Positions 36,868 through 50,086 of a stretch of DNA of 64,000 nucleotides are shown piece after piece. Under the pieces are notes generated by a model. It searched no databases and was not told the origin of the DNA. It worked only from the letters and a program-made list of their open reading frames with translations. This stretch comes from Octopus sinensis (lineage: Eukaryota): contig NC_043019.1 in assembly GCF_006345805.1 (NCBI RefSeq), positions 9,299,360 through 9,363,359 on the forward strand, written 5' to 3'. The translations under genes and the position numbers were made by a program. Every line of letters begins with the position of its first letter. Position 1 is the first letter of the stretch.

Positions 36868-38070
36868 GTATGTGCGTATGCATACAAATATATATATATG
36901 CACGTATACATACATATATGTGCGTGTGTGTGTGTATGCATGTATGAATGTATGTATGTGTGTGTGTGTGTGTGTGTGTAGCCGCACCCTCTCGACTTGG
37001 AATGGTGTTTGTTTAAGGCCAGGAAAAGATGACTTGTATTTTTATCAAGTACGAAGACTGTTGTGGTGAGGAAGTCTGTATCAGAGAATACACATCCAGA
37101 CCCAAACGCAAGACTCTACATGTGTTTGTGCGGATGGGTGTGTGTGTGTGTGCGCGTGTATATATATTCAAACACACACACAGAAGCAAACACGTGTATA
37201 TGCGCATATATATATATATGTACATATGTGTGTTTGTGTGTGTGAACACATGCACATACATACCCATACATATACACATGCATACACACTCACATACACA
37301 CGCTCGCATTCATACACACTCACATGCATACACACTCACTAACTGACATACACACTCACATATATACACATACACATTACACATATATATCTGTATACAT
37401 TATGTACAAATGTTTTCATCTATCTTCCTATATATATATATATATATATATATATACTGTATATATATATATACATATATCGTACAAGACATAGAGTAGA
37501 CAATTTTATGTATGCATGCATACTTGCAAATATGAATGCGTGTGTATGCATGCATGTATACAAATAGGCATATACATGAGTATATACGCATGCATGTATG
37601 TATGGCGGTTAAGTTCACATTGTGACTATTTCCTATTACTCAACGCTACATTTGCTCTTGTTTGGTGTATATTTACGTGTATGACTGTTTGTACTTCTGT
37701 ATATGTATATGTATATATATATATATTATATATATATATATATATATATTTGCATGTAGGTAGGTTGGTAGGTATGTAACTGACTGTTTCGTTATCTATG
37801 TATATAGGTCACATTTTGAATTATCGCTGCTTCCTATTTCTTAAAATACACATGCTATGATATATACGTCTTGTGTGTGTATATATATAAATATATATAT
37901 ATATATTTACATTTTTTTAATGTGATATGCAAGAAATAAAAGAAATGGAGAATATATATTAGTATACCTATACAAGCATACATACACAATACATACATAT
38001 ATGTGTATATACATTCATTTATATACATACATATATGTATACACACACATATATATATATAATATATATA

Positions 38071-38112
<42 letters not shown>

Positions 38113-38421
38113 GCACACATATGTGTGCATGTATGTATGTATTCACACACTGAGCGCGAGCTATTTCCTATTTGCCCACATCTCTGTATACACATGTCAT
38201 CTTGAAATCTTAAACAGTTGTCTCAAATGCGACATGACGTCATTGATTTCAACCTTCTTTCTTGTAATTCTTTACTTCCACTTGATTTTTATTTTTATTT
38301 TTTACGTTCTTAGAATGAAGGTTTCTGATAAAACAAAATGACGCACGTAGACAATCCAGGGATTTGCTGCCTCGATTATAAATCTTTCGTTCTCCGTCTC
38401 TCAGTTTCTCACTATAGTGTA

Positions 38422-39280
38422 TGTTCTCTGATCAATAAGTCTCCGGGTGGTTGCCATTGCAATGAAGCTAAATCACGCAGAGTGAAGCCGCTTGGAACGG
38501 ATCGACTTTGATCTCTGCTCTAAGTTTTACCGTTGTAGCTTATTTCCACTCTTTACAGCAGTGCTTGGAAGGAACGTGTGTAGCGTGTGATCGTTGCATT
38601 GATCATGAATATTCATCAAATTTTGCCAAAATCTTGGTGATACCTGCCTAGAGACCTACACAAAGTTACTGAAAGTGTATGGAGAGGAATGTATGAGCCA
38701 AAAAAATGTCGATATTGACGAACGTTGTGGGAAACCCGCAACCAGCGGAACTGAGAAAAACATCGCAGATGGGTAAGCAGCGGTGAGGGCAAATTGTCGA
38801 ATCACCATCCGTGAGTTATCAGAAAATGTGCAGATTAGTTACGGTTCAGTTCAGTCCGTTATCACTGAAGATTTGAGTATGAGACGTGTGTCTGCTAAGT
38901 TCGTGCCAAAACTGCTTTCAGCTGACAATGCACCTGCCCATTCAGTGCAGCTTGTGCAGCAGTTTTTGGCTGGGTATGGCATTCCTCAGGTCCGACAGCT
39001 CCCATATTACCCAGATCTCGCCCCTTGCGACTTTTTCCATCTTCCTCCTAAAAATCAAATCCCGCTTGAAAGGAAGATTTTAGGACATCGGGGAAATCAA
39101 AGTGAATGCAACGAAGCAGAAAGTGTGTTCCAGGAATGCTTCCATGAATGGAAACAGCGCTAGGTCAGGTATGTGGCTTCCGAAGAGGACTGCTTCGAAG
39201 GTGATTAAATGCCAAATTGTTTCGTGTTGTAGCTTTGTTTTTATAATACCAATCAGCATACTTATTGATCAGATCTCACA
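38422..39280 (+). mobile_element. Mariner element, internally deleted, both TIRs present
   Basis: TIR core ctgatcaataagt at 38428 and acttattgatcag at 39260; RITIRELSE..MRRVSAKFVPKLLS / DNAPAH..YPDLAPCDF. Confidence 0.92.
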
Positions 39281-39536
39281 TGCGCACGCACGCACACACA
39301 CATATATATATCCGCACGCACCTAAACATACTTATGTATATATAGATAATGGCTGGGAACTAGATATGCTCAGTATAGAAAAGACGAGGTAGTGATGAAA
39401 TGAATTGAACTTAAACCCCGAATTCTTCATCAGGCATTAGGTCCACGGTATCAAGTGTGGCTATAAGAGGATTGAAACCGAGCTGATATGGAGACAGGGA
39501 TGCTGATACATACTTCGAAATCTATATCTGTGTGTA

Positions 39537-39577
<41 letters not shown>

Positions 39578-40342
39578 TCACTGAAACATATCATTTACCG
39601 CTTTGTTTACGTCTAATAACCTTTTGAGTTGAGTTCACTGAAACGCTCCATCAATATTAACGACAATTACTAAAGCGTCCCACAAATATCACTAACATAC
39701 ACTCACATATTCACAAATGTGAGAGATCTTATCTCCTTACCCAACCTGCTAGAAACAGCAGCTATGTGTTCTTCAATGTAACCAAAGAGCCACACAGCAT
39801 ATACATGAAAACAGAAGATTATCTATATAAAGTCAACTAAATAAAATATTATCAATATATAATGAAATACAATAACAAAGCACTTCTTGTCATATATATG
39901 CTACCGAAAACATTTTTATATACATATAGTATATATTAATTACAATTCAAATATCTTACATCTTGGAATCAATATGCAATCTGTTATATTAAATGTTAGT
40001 AAAATATTTCCCTTTTTCTTTCAAGACACCAAGGGATTTACTCAGATTTCCTGATTTTTTACTCTTATCTGTTGCAATTACATTTTGTTGAAGCACATTT
40101 CATTCAATGATACAAGAAGGATGAAATAAAAGAAGAGGCAAAGTTATTTCTGTCACACGAAAACATTAAAATTTTTAGAATAATGTAATAAGAAAATAAT
40201 CAATATTCAGTTTATCAAATTAAATATTTGTGGATAAAATTCATTTTTTAAACATCAATTTACTTTTATCCTTAAAAACGAATCAAAATCACTTGCAACC
40301 GGGAAATGCAAAACAAGGCGCTTACGTAGATTTCATGAGTTT

Positions 40343-40380
<38 letters not shown>

Positions 40381-40559
40381 AATTTCAATTTGTTCGCGAA
40401 TATTTTATTCAACACGGAATAAATATAAATGAGCAGCGCAAAATGCCTCGCAGAGAAACAGCAAGAATTCGGTAGCAAAGGAGGAGACGGAGAATAAACG
40501 GAACAGAAAGGGAAAATCGAATGCAGCTCAACCAAGTCAAACACGAGACAAAAACCCGA

Positions 40560-41640
40560 ACGCATTTTGGCTGAGAATCTTCGCTACATAAGACAGTCAG
40601 GAGAATAACTTTCTTATGAACAGCCTGGACGTCTTTAAAACAATATACTAAGCAACATAGGAGAGCAGGAGAGTGGCTTTCTGAAGAGCAACGAAAACAT
40701 TTTGGCTCAAATGTGTAAGCAATGTAGAAAAATGGAAATAACCCTGAAATCTCGATACACAGATACTGTTTTGAGCTGAGTTTGGGTGCTAGATTCCCTT
40801 GTTCGAAAACACAAGCACGCAGATCGTGTCGTATAGACAGCTGAAGACGATGTCTCCTGGGGCTAAATTACAGCAACATTCGTCCTAAACCAGGACTGCC
40901 ATGTTATGTTGGCAGATAATCTTTACTCCAAAGTACTGTTGCTGAATATCTCTCGTTGTGAGATTTACAAATAGTAATTTTCTAATGTAGAAAATGCTTA
41001 CAACCACATGGTTAAGGGTTCAGTCCCACACCGTGGCACCTTGAGCAAGTGTCTCCTACTATAACCTCAGGCCGACCAAAGCTTTGTGAGTGGATTTGTA
41101 ATGGGATAAGAGCAAAACAACCAGAAAGAACACAAGAGACTGCCGGGGAAGCATTCACTGTCCGTCCTGTCGCAGGAAGAACTCTTCTAAGATTATTGTT
41201 TCATCCACAGAGCTACAAGATTTGATGATTGGCCTAGAGTTCATAATTTAACCTGCGAAAGATTCCCACATGCTTGCGAAGAAATTAACCTCCTTGAAAA
41301 TGACCCAGAATTACTAAATCTTCATAAGGGACAGCAGTGACTCAGTCTGCGGACCCTTTCAGGAATTCGTTGTAATACTTACTTTCTGCTTTCCGTCAGC
41401 GACTCAATTCGTGCAGCATCTTTCCTGATAAATTTATTGAAGATTTTCTGTTGCAGAAGAGAATCAATGACTTTTGAAAATGCAACCAAACCTAAGCAGT
41501 GCCACTGGATAACCAGTAGAGCCTTGAACATCCCATCATGGTTTGCCAACTGCTGACCACCACCACCAAGTGTCTCTTCATCCAGGTGAAATAAATCTTC
41601 CACTGAAGTCATCACATAGATATATGTGACAACGAACAAA
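40560..41640 (-). mobile_element. Decayed RTE-type LINE APE endonuclease region, interrupted by a SINE A piece
   Basis: YYNEFL..VTAVPYEDLVILGHF..LCG.NNNL and HRLQL resemble APE motifs (LGDFN, SDH/QHRL). Confidence 0.5.
40992..41099 (+). mobile_element. SINE family A, 5' fragment
   Basis: aaccacatggttaagggttcagtcccacaccgtggcaccttgagcaagtgtc..gtgagtggatttg. Confidence 0.85.
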
Positions 41641-41679
41641 AGATTGTTATTGAGTTAATAGAAAAAAAAATTGATAATG

Positions 41680-42570
41680 AAGTGGTTTGATATTTATTGA
41701 TGCACTATGAAAAAACAGCTACTGTTCTGTTTGCAGAAATGGCCGATTTGTGCTCGCTACAGTTTCATCGGATTGTCCATTCTCGCCTTAAGTTTGCCAT
41801 TCGGCTAAAATCTACAACCAGTCATATATCTCTTTGTGTAGTTACTGGTCACTTTTTTGCACGATGTTCGGGTATTTATATGGGACGAAGACCAAATGTG
41901 CCACCGACATTTTATCGAAGTTTTGAATCACACATTCACGATAGAACGAACAACGAGTAACTTCTTACAAGAAAATTATTAATCCTCAGCGGAGATTTTC
42001 GGTAAATTCTTCTATAGTAGTCCAGAAAGCTCATCGATTTTTAGTTCTTTATGCTTGAATAAGCCTCTCATTTGGAGTTGATGCGCCGTTTTGCATATCG
42101 AAATATTGTTTGAGCAACAATGATTTTGTTGCATTTAAATCACTAATCCACCCCGCAAACCTGGAACGGGTCGGAGGTAATATAAAAAGTATTATTAACA
42201 CTAAAACACCTTTTCCCAGACGCTATTGCGATTTAATGGGTAAAATAGTGATTTGATGCGTCACCCCATGAACAACAAGATGGAAGTTCCAGTAACACAT
42301 CTCCGAAACATAAACCATAGAAATTCCGCAGAATGGTGCTCGGACGCCGGAAGGAAGCCAAAGATTCTCTGGATTTCTTTTCTACTACATGATATCAATT
42401 GACTATTCACCTAAAAAAGTTCAATCTTCTATGAGGCCTATTTTTATTATTTTGCTAAAAAGTTAAAGACAAAGTATAAAGAGGTGTGAATTGTGTTTTC
42501 CGATTTCCAATGTTCAAACACAGACAATTACATGTTGCTGTCGGCAGAATAGACGATCCATTAACCCCAA
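41680..42570 (+). pseudogene. Helitron-type PIF1 helicase relic
   Basis: Collinear SF1 motifs across frameshifts: GLIFIDA, VHSRLKFAI, DVRVFIWDE (41875-41889), LLILSGDFR (~41991), FKHRQ/LHVAVGRI (~42515-42550). Confidence 0.78.
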
Positions 42571-43242
42571 AGAGAAGCTCAAGCCAAAAAGATGTTTCAT
42601 AATGATGACTGCAGAAAATTGGCGAAGAACAATTTCTATGGAGCCAGTCTGGTTTGTTTCTAAAATGACATAAAATATTTTTGAGATAAACGTTTTTAGT
42701 TCAACAATATTGAGAGATTATCTCTTGTGTCTTCGTCGAGAAAGAAACATTCGTTACCAATTCAAAAGTCCCTAATATAATATGTATTTTTATCAAACTG
42801 AAAGTTAAGGCAAAGGTCAGAAGTTTCCAATACTTTCTAAGAATCTGCATTTAAAGAAAAAAATCGTTCATAATAAATCTAACAGATTGCATGAACAAAT
42901 AATTTGAATTTTAAATGGTGCCTTTTGCCGTCAGCAAAGCGACAGGTATCGAATTAATTAGACTTTGCTCATCTTTGTACACACACGCAAGTGTGTGTGT
43001 GTTATGTGTGTATGCATGTTTTTATGTGAGAGTACATGTTTCACTTAGCAAAGTCTACGGCTGTCTGTTAATTGCAATGGAATCATATTCAAATTTGGCG
43101 GGAGAAGGGAAGGATTATATTTTCATAAAAAGAAAGAAGATAAAATATTACGAAAATAAATGTGTTGGAAATAATTATTTTTTCTCGGCAAGTTTCAAAA
43201 TTATCAAATCAGATCTAAATATAATAGAAATATGTTTCTTTA

Positions 43243-43452
43243 TTTCCCACAGGGGGCTAAACATAGAGGGGGCAAACAAAGGGATAAAGTCGATTACATC
43301 GACCCCAGTGTGTAACTGGTACTTATTTAATCGACCCCGAAAGGATAAAAGGCAAAGTGGGCTTCGGTGGAATTTGAACTCAGAACGTAACGGCAGAAGA
43401 AATACCGCTAAGCATCTCGCCCGGGGTTCTAACGTTTCTACCAGCTCACCGT
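43243..43452 (-). mobile_element. SINE family B, near full
   Basis: gtcgattacatcgaccccagtg..ggaatttgaactcagaacgtaac..aaataccgctaagcat. Confidence 0.88.
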
Positions 43453-43987
43453 TAAATAAAAGATCTGATGATCCCAGAAACGATTTGTAGGGAAGATAAA
43501 TATAGAGAATTATTCGGAATTTAATGATTAATATTTGAATATGAGAAAATATTGCAATGTATATAAATTGAACATATATAATAAGGATGGTTGTTGAAAG
43601 TCTTAAAATCTACTGGTCACCGTCTTTATAAACGATATCATTTCTACAGTTGTGGCACGAAGACGGTGTATATAAAACCGATAACTTTTACATAATGATC
43701 AACTTCCAATGTAGGTTTATATATATAATATATTAATAAATAAAATAGAACATATGCATATATATAAACATATATGTACGTACCTACCTCTACATGTACA
43801 TATACACGCATATATGAGTACAGGACACCAAAAGGACGTCGAACACAATGAGAAACGAAAACATAGACACAAACCAAAGGAACTGGACATATATTTAAAA
43901 ACAACAAAAAAATAGAATACAGGACAATTAACACAAAGAAAAAACCCCTTCTTCAGTCGCTAAAGCTTTCATCTACTCTACGTTTCG

Positions 43988-44021
<34 letters not shown>

Positions 44022-44212
44022 GCACAATGTGATGGTGTATACATATATATGCATATATATATATTACACACACACACACACACAGGTGTGTGTGTGCGTG
44101 TGTACATAGATACACACATGCACAGGGCGTCCCCAAAAGATGTATACGCTCTTTTAATAGCCGATAACTCACTCAAAATGTATTTCTGTTTAAGTGTAAG
44201 ACATTCGAAACA

Positions 44213-44510
44213 ATGGAGGCAGACTAAGTTTTGAACAAAAGAAATTTCTTGCGAAGAGCTGCTGGGGAGAGTGGAAACAGAGACTGTTTGGTGGGGAGTT
44301 TCAAAGAGACCCGCCTACGTGACTTACCCTAACTCCAATTAGAGATAAGTTTGCAAACAGATGGAACCGTTCAGATTATCTGCAAGAAAGGTTCCAGAAG
44401 ATCGCAGACATCGACGAACGCCACAAAGCAAGAAAGAGAACCAGAACCGTTGGAGGCTCTCAGTGTTCCGGGTTCCAATACAGTGCGGGAGACGAGACGG
44501 CTGAGGCTGG
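44213..44510 (+). mobile_element. Tc1/mariner-superfamily transposase N-terminus (DUF4817-like HTH), decayed
   Basis: RLSFEQKKFL..PPT.LT..IRDKF..DGTVQ..KKGSRRSQTST. Confidence 0.55.
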
Positions 44511-45342
44511 AGAAGATATCTGTCAAAATATTTTCACTCCACCATGGACTGCTTTTGTTAGAAACGCGGTACATCCAAACGTAAAAAAGAAAAAACAGAC
44601 GGTAAATACTAATATATAGATAGACAGACAAGCAGAGAGAGAAAGGGAGTGAGAGAGTGAGAGAGATGTATGTGTAGATATGTCTGTATAGACATGTATT
44701 ATCCATGTATATATATGCGTGTCTGCGTACACGCACACGTACACATATACACACATATGTAATATATGTATGTGTATATATTGTGTATATACGTGTATGT
44801 ATATATATATACATGTGTGTATGTATATATGTATATATATGTGTGTGTGTGTATATATATATGTGTGTGTATGTATAAATATATAAATGTGTGTGTGTGT
44901 GTGTATTATATATATGTATATATATACACTCTGCGTAAATTACCAGTGTGTGTATATGCGCGTTTAAATGTGTATACGCGTGGATGTGTGTGTGTGTGTG
45001 TGTGTGCATGGAGGATAGGACGCTGTGTGTAATAACAATTAAAGAATAGAATTTAACAAGAAAAAATGCAAAAATAAAGGCGAAGATCTTTATTTATTTT
45101 GGTCTTCATTAACGTGCGTCACTTGCCAAATGTAATTATATAATTTAGCTTAGAAGCTCTAATAGAAGACAGATGTTGTTGAAAGTTACTCAATACATAA
45201 GCTTTGCTCAATTCTTCAATCTACAGCTTCCCATGTAGACACCAAAGTTAAGTGAGTTTCAGCCTGACCGCATAACCCGCTAGAAATAACAACCAACTAC
45301 TTATAGATATAGTGATTGTTTTACGTTTTTTATTTTCATTAT

Positions 45343-45570
45343 TTAAGGCTGCGAGCTGACAGAATTGTTAAAACTGCAGACAAAATGCTTAGCGATGTTT
45401 CGTCCGTCGTTACGTTCCGAGATCAAATTCAACTGAGGCCGACTTTCCCTTTTATCAAATCCGGATCGATGATATATATACCAGTTACGTAATGGGGGTC
45501 ATGTAATCGACTGAATCCCTTCCCCCAACAAATTTCAGGCCTTGTGCCTACAGTAGAAACGATTGTCATT
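45343..45570 (+). mobile_element. SINE family B
   Basis: aaggctgcgagctgacagaattgtt..aaatgcttagcga..atttcaggccttgtgcctacagtagaaa. Confidence 0.85.
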
Positions 45571-45697
45571 ATTACCTCTTAATTACCGGTTATTCTTTGC
45601 TTGAAAGCAGGCAATAAGAAATCGCCAAAGGTTTCGAGCACTGCCTTCTCCTCTCACTCAAAGACATTATTTATATTATTAACATTATTATTATTAT

Positions 45698-46063
45698 TTA
45701 AGGCGGCGAGCTGGCAGAAATGTTAGCACGCCGGGCGAAATGCGTAGCCGTTACATTCTCAGTTCAAATTCCGCCGAGGTCGACTCTGCCTTTCATCCTT
45801 TCGGGGTCGATAAATTAAGTACCAGTTACGCACTGGGGTCGATATAATCGACTTGATCCGTTTGTCTGTCCTTGTTTGTCCTTTCTGTGTTTAGTCCCTT
45901 GCGGGTAGTAAAGAGATAGGTATTTCGTCTGTAGTTACGTTCTGAGTTCAAATTCCGCCGAGGTTTGACTTTGCCTTTCATCCTTTCAGGGTCGATAAAT
46001 TAAGAACCAGTTACGCACTGGGGTCGATATAATCGACTTAATCCCTTCCCCAAAATTTGAGCG
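45698..46063 (+). mobile_element. SINE family B, full copy followed by a headless second copy (dimer)
   Basis: agttcaaattccgccgaggt..gcctttcatcc..accagttacgcactggggtcgatataatcgactt occurs twice, at ~45761 and ~45946. Confidence 0.9.
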
Positions 46064-46128
46064 TCATACAAATAGACCTGCTTGTTGTTTATACACCTGT
46101 CTTCGTCTTTTGTTTTTCTGTAAATTTC

Positions 46129-46172
<44 letters not shown>

Positions 46173-46207
46173 ATATATTTATATATAATATATATATTAT
46201 ATATATA

Positions 46208-46272
<65 letters not shown>

Positions 46273-46304
46273 CATTTCTTCAAGGTTATATATATATATA
46301 TATC

Positions 46305-46337
<33 letters not shown>

Positions 46338-46483
46338 TACGACAGGCTTTTTTCAGTTACGTCTACCAAATCCACTTATAACGCTTTGGTCGCCGAGGGT
46401 ATAGTTGAAGACACACAATGTGCCACGCAGTGGGACCGAACCGGAAACCATGGGGTTGGTAGGCAAGCTGCTTACCACACACA
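46338..46483 (-). mobile_element. SINE family A, solo 5' half
   Basis: gacaggctttttcagtt..ccaaatccac..gcagtgggaccgaaccggaaaccatg. Confidence 0.85.
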
Positions 46484-46530
46484 CAGACACATAATATGTG
46501 TGTGTATGTATATATATATATATATATATA

Positions 46531-46598
46531 GTATATACGTGTGTAGATATATATACATACAAATGATATATATTATATATGTATATAAATGATAGATA

Positions 46599-46642
<44 letters not shown>

Positions 46643-46724
46643 GTATATACGTGTGTAGATATATATACAATGATATATATTATATATGTATATAAATTAT
46701 AGATATCTCTCTCTCTCTCTCTCT

Positions 46725-46760
<36 letters not shown>

Positions 46761-46844
46761 TATATATATATATATATAGTAATACGTGTGTAGATATATA
46801 TACATACAAATGATATATATTATATATGTATATAAATTATAGAT

Positions 46845-46904
<60 letters not shown>

Positions 46905-46974
46905 TAACGTGTGTAGATATATATACATACAAATGATATATATTATATATGTATATAAATTATAGATATCTCTC

Positions 46975-47044
<70 letters not shown>
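46531..47044. repeat. Higher-order array: four 110-140-bp units containing (CT)n(AT)n
   Basis: Unit anchor gta(t)atacgtgtgtagatatata at 46531, 46643, 46779 and 46902. Confidence 0.9.
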
Positions 47045-47046
<2 letters not shown>

Positions 47047-47697
47047 GAAAATAGACCCAGACAGGGAGAATGGGAGAAAAAAAGGACGGAGAGCACATAT
47101 GTTAGAGGGGTTGGGGATGTCGGGTGTTGTTATTTCTTTCACTGAATTGCTCTGTGATGAGACGGCGGAAAGTAAAGGAATTGTAATAAGACGGATTGGA
47201 AGATGGGTGAGGAGGGAGAAGGAGGAGGGGTGGAGGAATGTTTGCATCTTTCGTCGTTTTAGCGTGATTGTCGGTCTGGAAGGAAGAAGAGAGAGAGAGA
47301 GAGAGAGAGAGAAATCGAGAGAAGCAATTTGATGGAGGAGAACAGCTGGAGTGTCTTTGCAGAAGAAATACTGGGAAACGAATGTGTAGCTAGAGAACTG
47401 AAGCGGGAGTCTTATACGCACGCCTGCGTGTATGTATGTATGTAGAATATATATGCACAAATGTTTATACATAGATACATACTCATATACACACTTGTGT
47501 GTGTGTAAGAGAGATGAAAAGATACACTCAACATTGTAAACCAATCCAATGGAGAGGGAGAACTCATTACAGTTAAGCAGGGAATTATAGCATTTTTATT
47601 CAAGGTTAACACTTGACAATCACGATTCTGAGATTTCCATTTTAACGATTGCGAACCAATAAAACTCTGAGAGTATTTTCTGTTTATTGCGGAACTA

Positions 47698-47908
47698 AGG
47701 CAATGTACTCCAAGAATTGTTAACACGCCGCACAAAATGATTAGCAGCGTTTCGTTCGGTTTTTCTTTGTGTTTACATTCCACCAATGTCGACTTAGCTT
47801 TTTTATCCTTTCGGGTTCGATGAAATAAATACCAGTTGTGTACTGGAGTCAATGTAATCGATTAGGTCCTCCTCCTCCAGAATTCAAGACTTTCTGCCTA
47901 TTCCAGAA
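47698..47908 (+). mobile_element. SINE family B, diverged
   Basis: atcctttcgggttcgatgaaataaataccagtt..ctggagtcaatgtaatcga. Confidence 0.7.
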
Positions 47909-47913
47909 ATGAT

Positions 47914-48046
47914 GTTGTCCCAAAAGTTCGTAAACACTTGCGAAAATTGAATTTTTACTCGCCAAGTACTAACAAAAACAACAAAAATTATTCCTCAAAA
48001 TAAAGACCATTATTTTCCAAGACTTTCTACGAACTTTTGGGACAAC
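47914..48046. mobile_element. MITE with perfect 19-bp TIRs (mariner-like)
   Basis: gttgtcccaaaagttcgta (47914-47932) / tacgaacttttgggacaac (48028-48046). Confidence 0.75.
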
Positions 48047-48858
48047 CTTATGTTATTAAAACAGAGACCGCTTAATCGACAAACATCAACAATACAATCT
48101 ACTTGTTATTTGGTTCGGTTGCGTCACAATTTCATTCAAAGTTGTCCGATGATGGCCAACCGCTTTGTTTCTTTAAATTATTCACAAAATAATAACTGAT
48201 TTATTTATTATAAACCTGTGAATGTACAATGCACGTGAATATCTATTTCGGCTTGTTTCGAACGTGCATCAGGGTGAATGAAACGGTCAGACTTTGAGCT
48301 GTTTGAAAATAGTTCGATGAAAAGAAGCAGCAAAGTGAACATAAAACCGCTGTAGGCAGCGATGTATTTATTTTCTCTTCGATACAAATATTTTTTTTTA
48401 GTGTTGTTCCTTTAACACTAGATGTGCTTCAACAAGTTTGTGTTCGGAGATCAATCAGAATATTTGAAAGCGTGTTGAAACGATTTTCAGCCAGTCAAGT
48501 ATAATCTTCAAAAACTTAATCATTAGCCGTCAATACATCTTCACAATAAATTATCTTTCTCAGAAATACATAAATTGTTGAATTGTTAATTTAAAGCCTG
48601 AAAACAATTGAGCGAACGGGAAGAATTTTATGGGAAGAGCTGTTGGAAGTTTGGACACTTAATACTGGATTTCTGTGGCAATTTTTGTACAGAAAAGGGG
48701 TTTAATATCATTTCGATTAAAAATTCAAACATTTTGTTTTTTGGAAAATACTTGTCTTAAAGTTAAGAACGATTTAGAGACAATTAGACTTGTATTAAGA
48801 TTCAACGAAGCATTTGACCAAAACATTTAGCTTCAGATTTTCGCATGTGAACGAATTA

Positions 48859-48859
<1 letters not shown>

Positions 48860-48937
<78 letters not shown>
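48860..48937. repeat. (TG)39 microsatellite
   Basis: Directly visible. Confidence 0.97.
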
Positions 48938-48938
<1 letters not shown>

Positions 48939-49416
48939 ATTCTTCATACTTTGGTCCTCCAGTTCTTCATGGGTTTTTACTTAATGTGTGTGGCTTCCGT
49001 TTCAGGAGTAAGACTTACAGAATTTTCGTAGTCGGAATGTGATGTTTTGATAGACAAATAGCTCTATAGACAGACAGACAGTTATAAAAGTACACAGACA
49101 ACATGCCTTACGCTGTTCCTATTTACACATCCAAAGATTGCATTGTATTTCCTAGCAAACGAATGCGCTGTTTTGTGGCCATTTCAAGCCGGGTGGTTAC
49201 AGCTTGAAACATGCGTGTGTGACAAGCGCCGGAGTGTGTATGCGCATGTGTGTCAATGGATGTGTGTGCGCCTGTGTGGGTGTGCATGTGAGTGAGGGAA
49301 AGGCGATTGGTACATAGAGAAAAAAGAGAGGAAGAGAGGGAGATAGAGAGAGAGCGAGAGAAACAGATAGATACGTAAGTAGGTAGGTAGAATAGATAGA
49401 TAGATAGATATACTGT

Positions 49417-49447
<31 letters not shown>

Positions 49448-49703
49448 TTCTTCACAATTCTGTGTCCTGTATAGTCGCCAATGCCTTTCCTGCGTCCGAG
49501 GGTCCACGTTGTTGAATGCTTCTCGTAAATTTCCAGTATCAACCTCACTTTTTTTTCCCGTCTGGTCATTCCTTAAACTTGACCCAATCTTAGAAATAAT
49601 TTCACGCAACCAATGCTGACCGATTGTCGTTTAACCGCGAGTAGGCTCCGGCCAACCAGATTCCTACTCAAAAGATATACTTACAACTCTGCTATGGTTT
49701 ATC

Positions 49704-50086
49704 ATTTGTTTCAATCATCAGACTGCGGCCATGCTGGGGCACCACCTTAAAGAATTTTAGTCGGACGAATTGGCCCCAGCGTTTATTTTTAAAGTCTGGT
49801 ATTTATTCTATCGAAATCTTTTACCGAACCACTAAGTTACGTGGAAGTAAACATGCCAGCACCGGTTGTCAAGCGGTGGTGGTGGGAGAGGGGAAGGAAG
49901 GTGCAAAACACACACAGGTATATATGTATATACATGTACAACGAGCTTCTTTCAGTTTCCTTCTACCAAATCCACTGACAAGGCGTTGGTTGATTCGAGG
50001 CTATATAAGGAGACGCCACGCAGTGGGACTGAACCCGGTACCTTGCGGTTTGGAAGCAAACTTCTTACCACACAGCCACGCCTGCA
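49704..50086 (-). mobile_element. SINE family A, full copy
   Basis: gactgcggccatgctggggcaccacc through cttaccacacagccacgcctgc. Confidence 0.92.

Noticed and set aside
43944-43990. Permuted hammerhead on the minus strand (GAAAC GUAGA GUA ... CUGAAGA AGGG)
   Set aside because: Core words are present, but stems I and II do not pair in this copy; at best a relic that needs a family consensus
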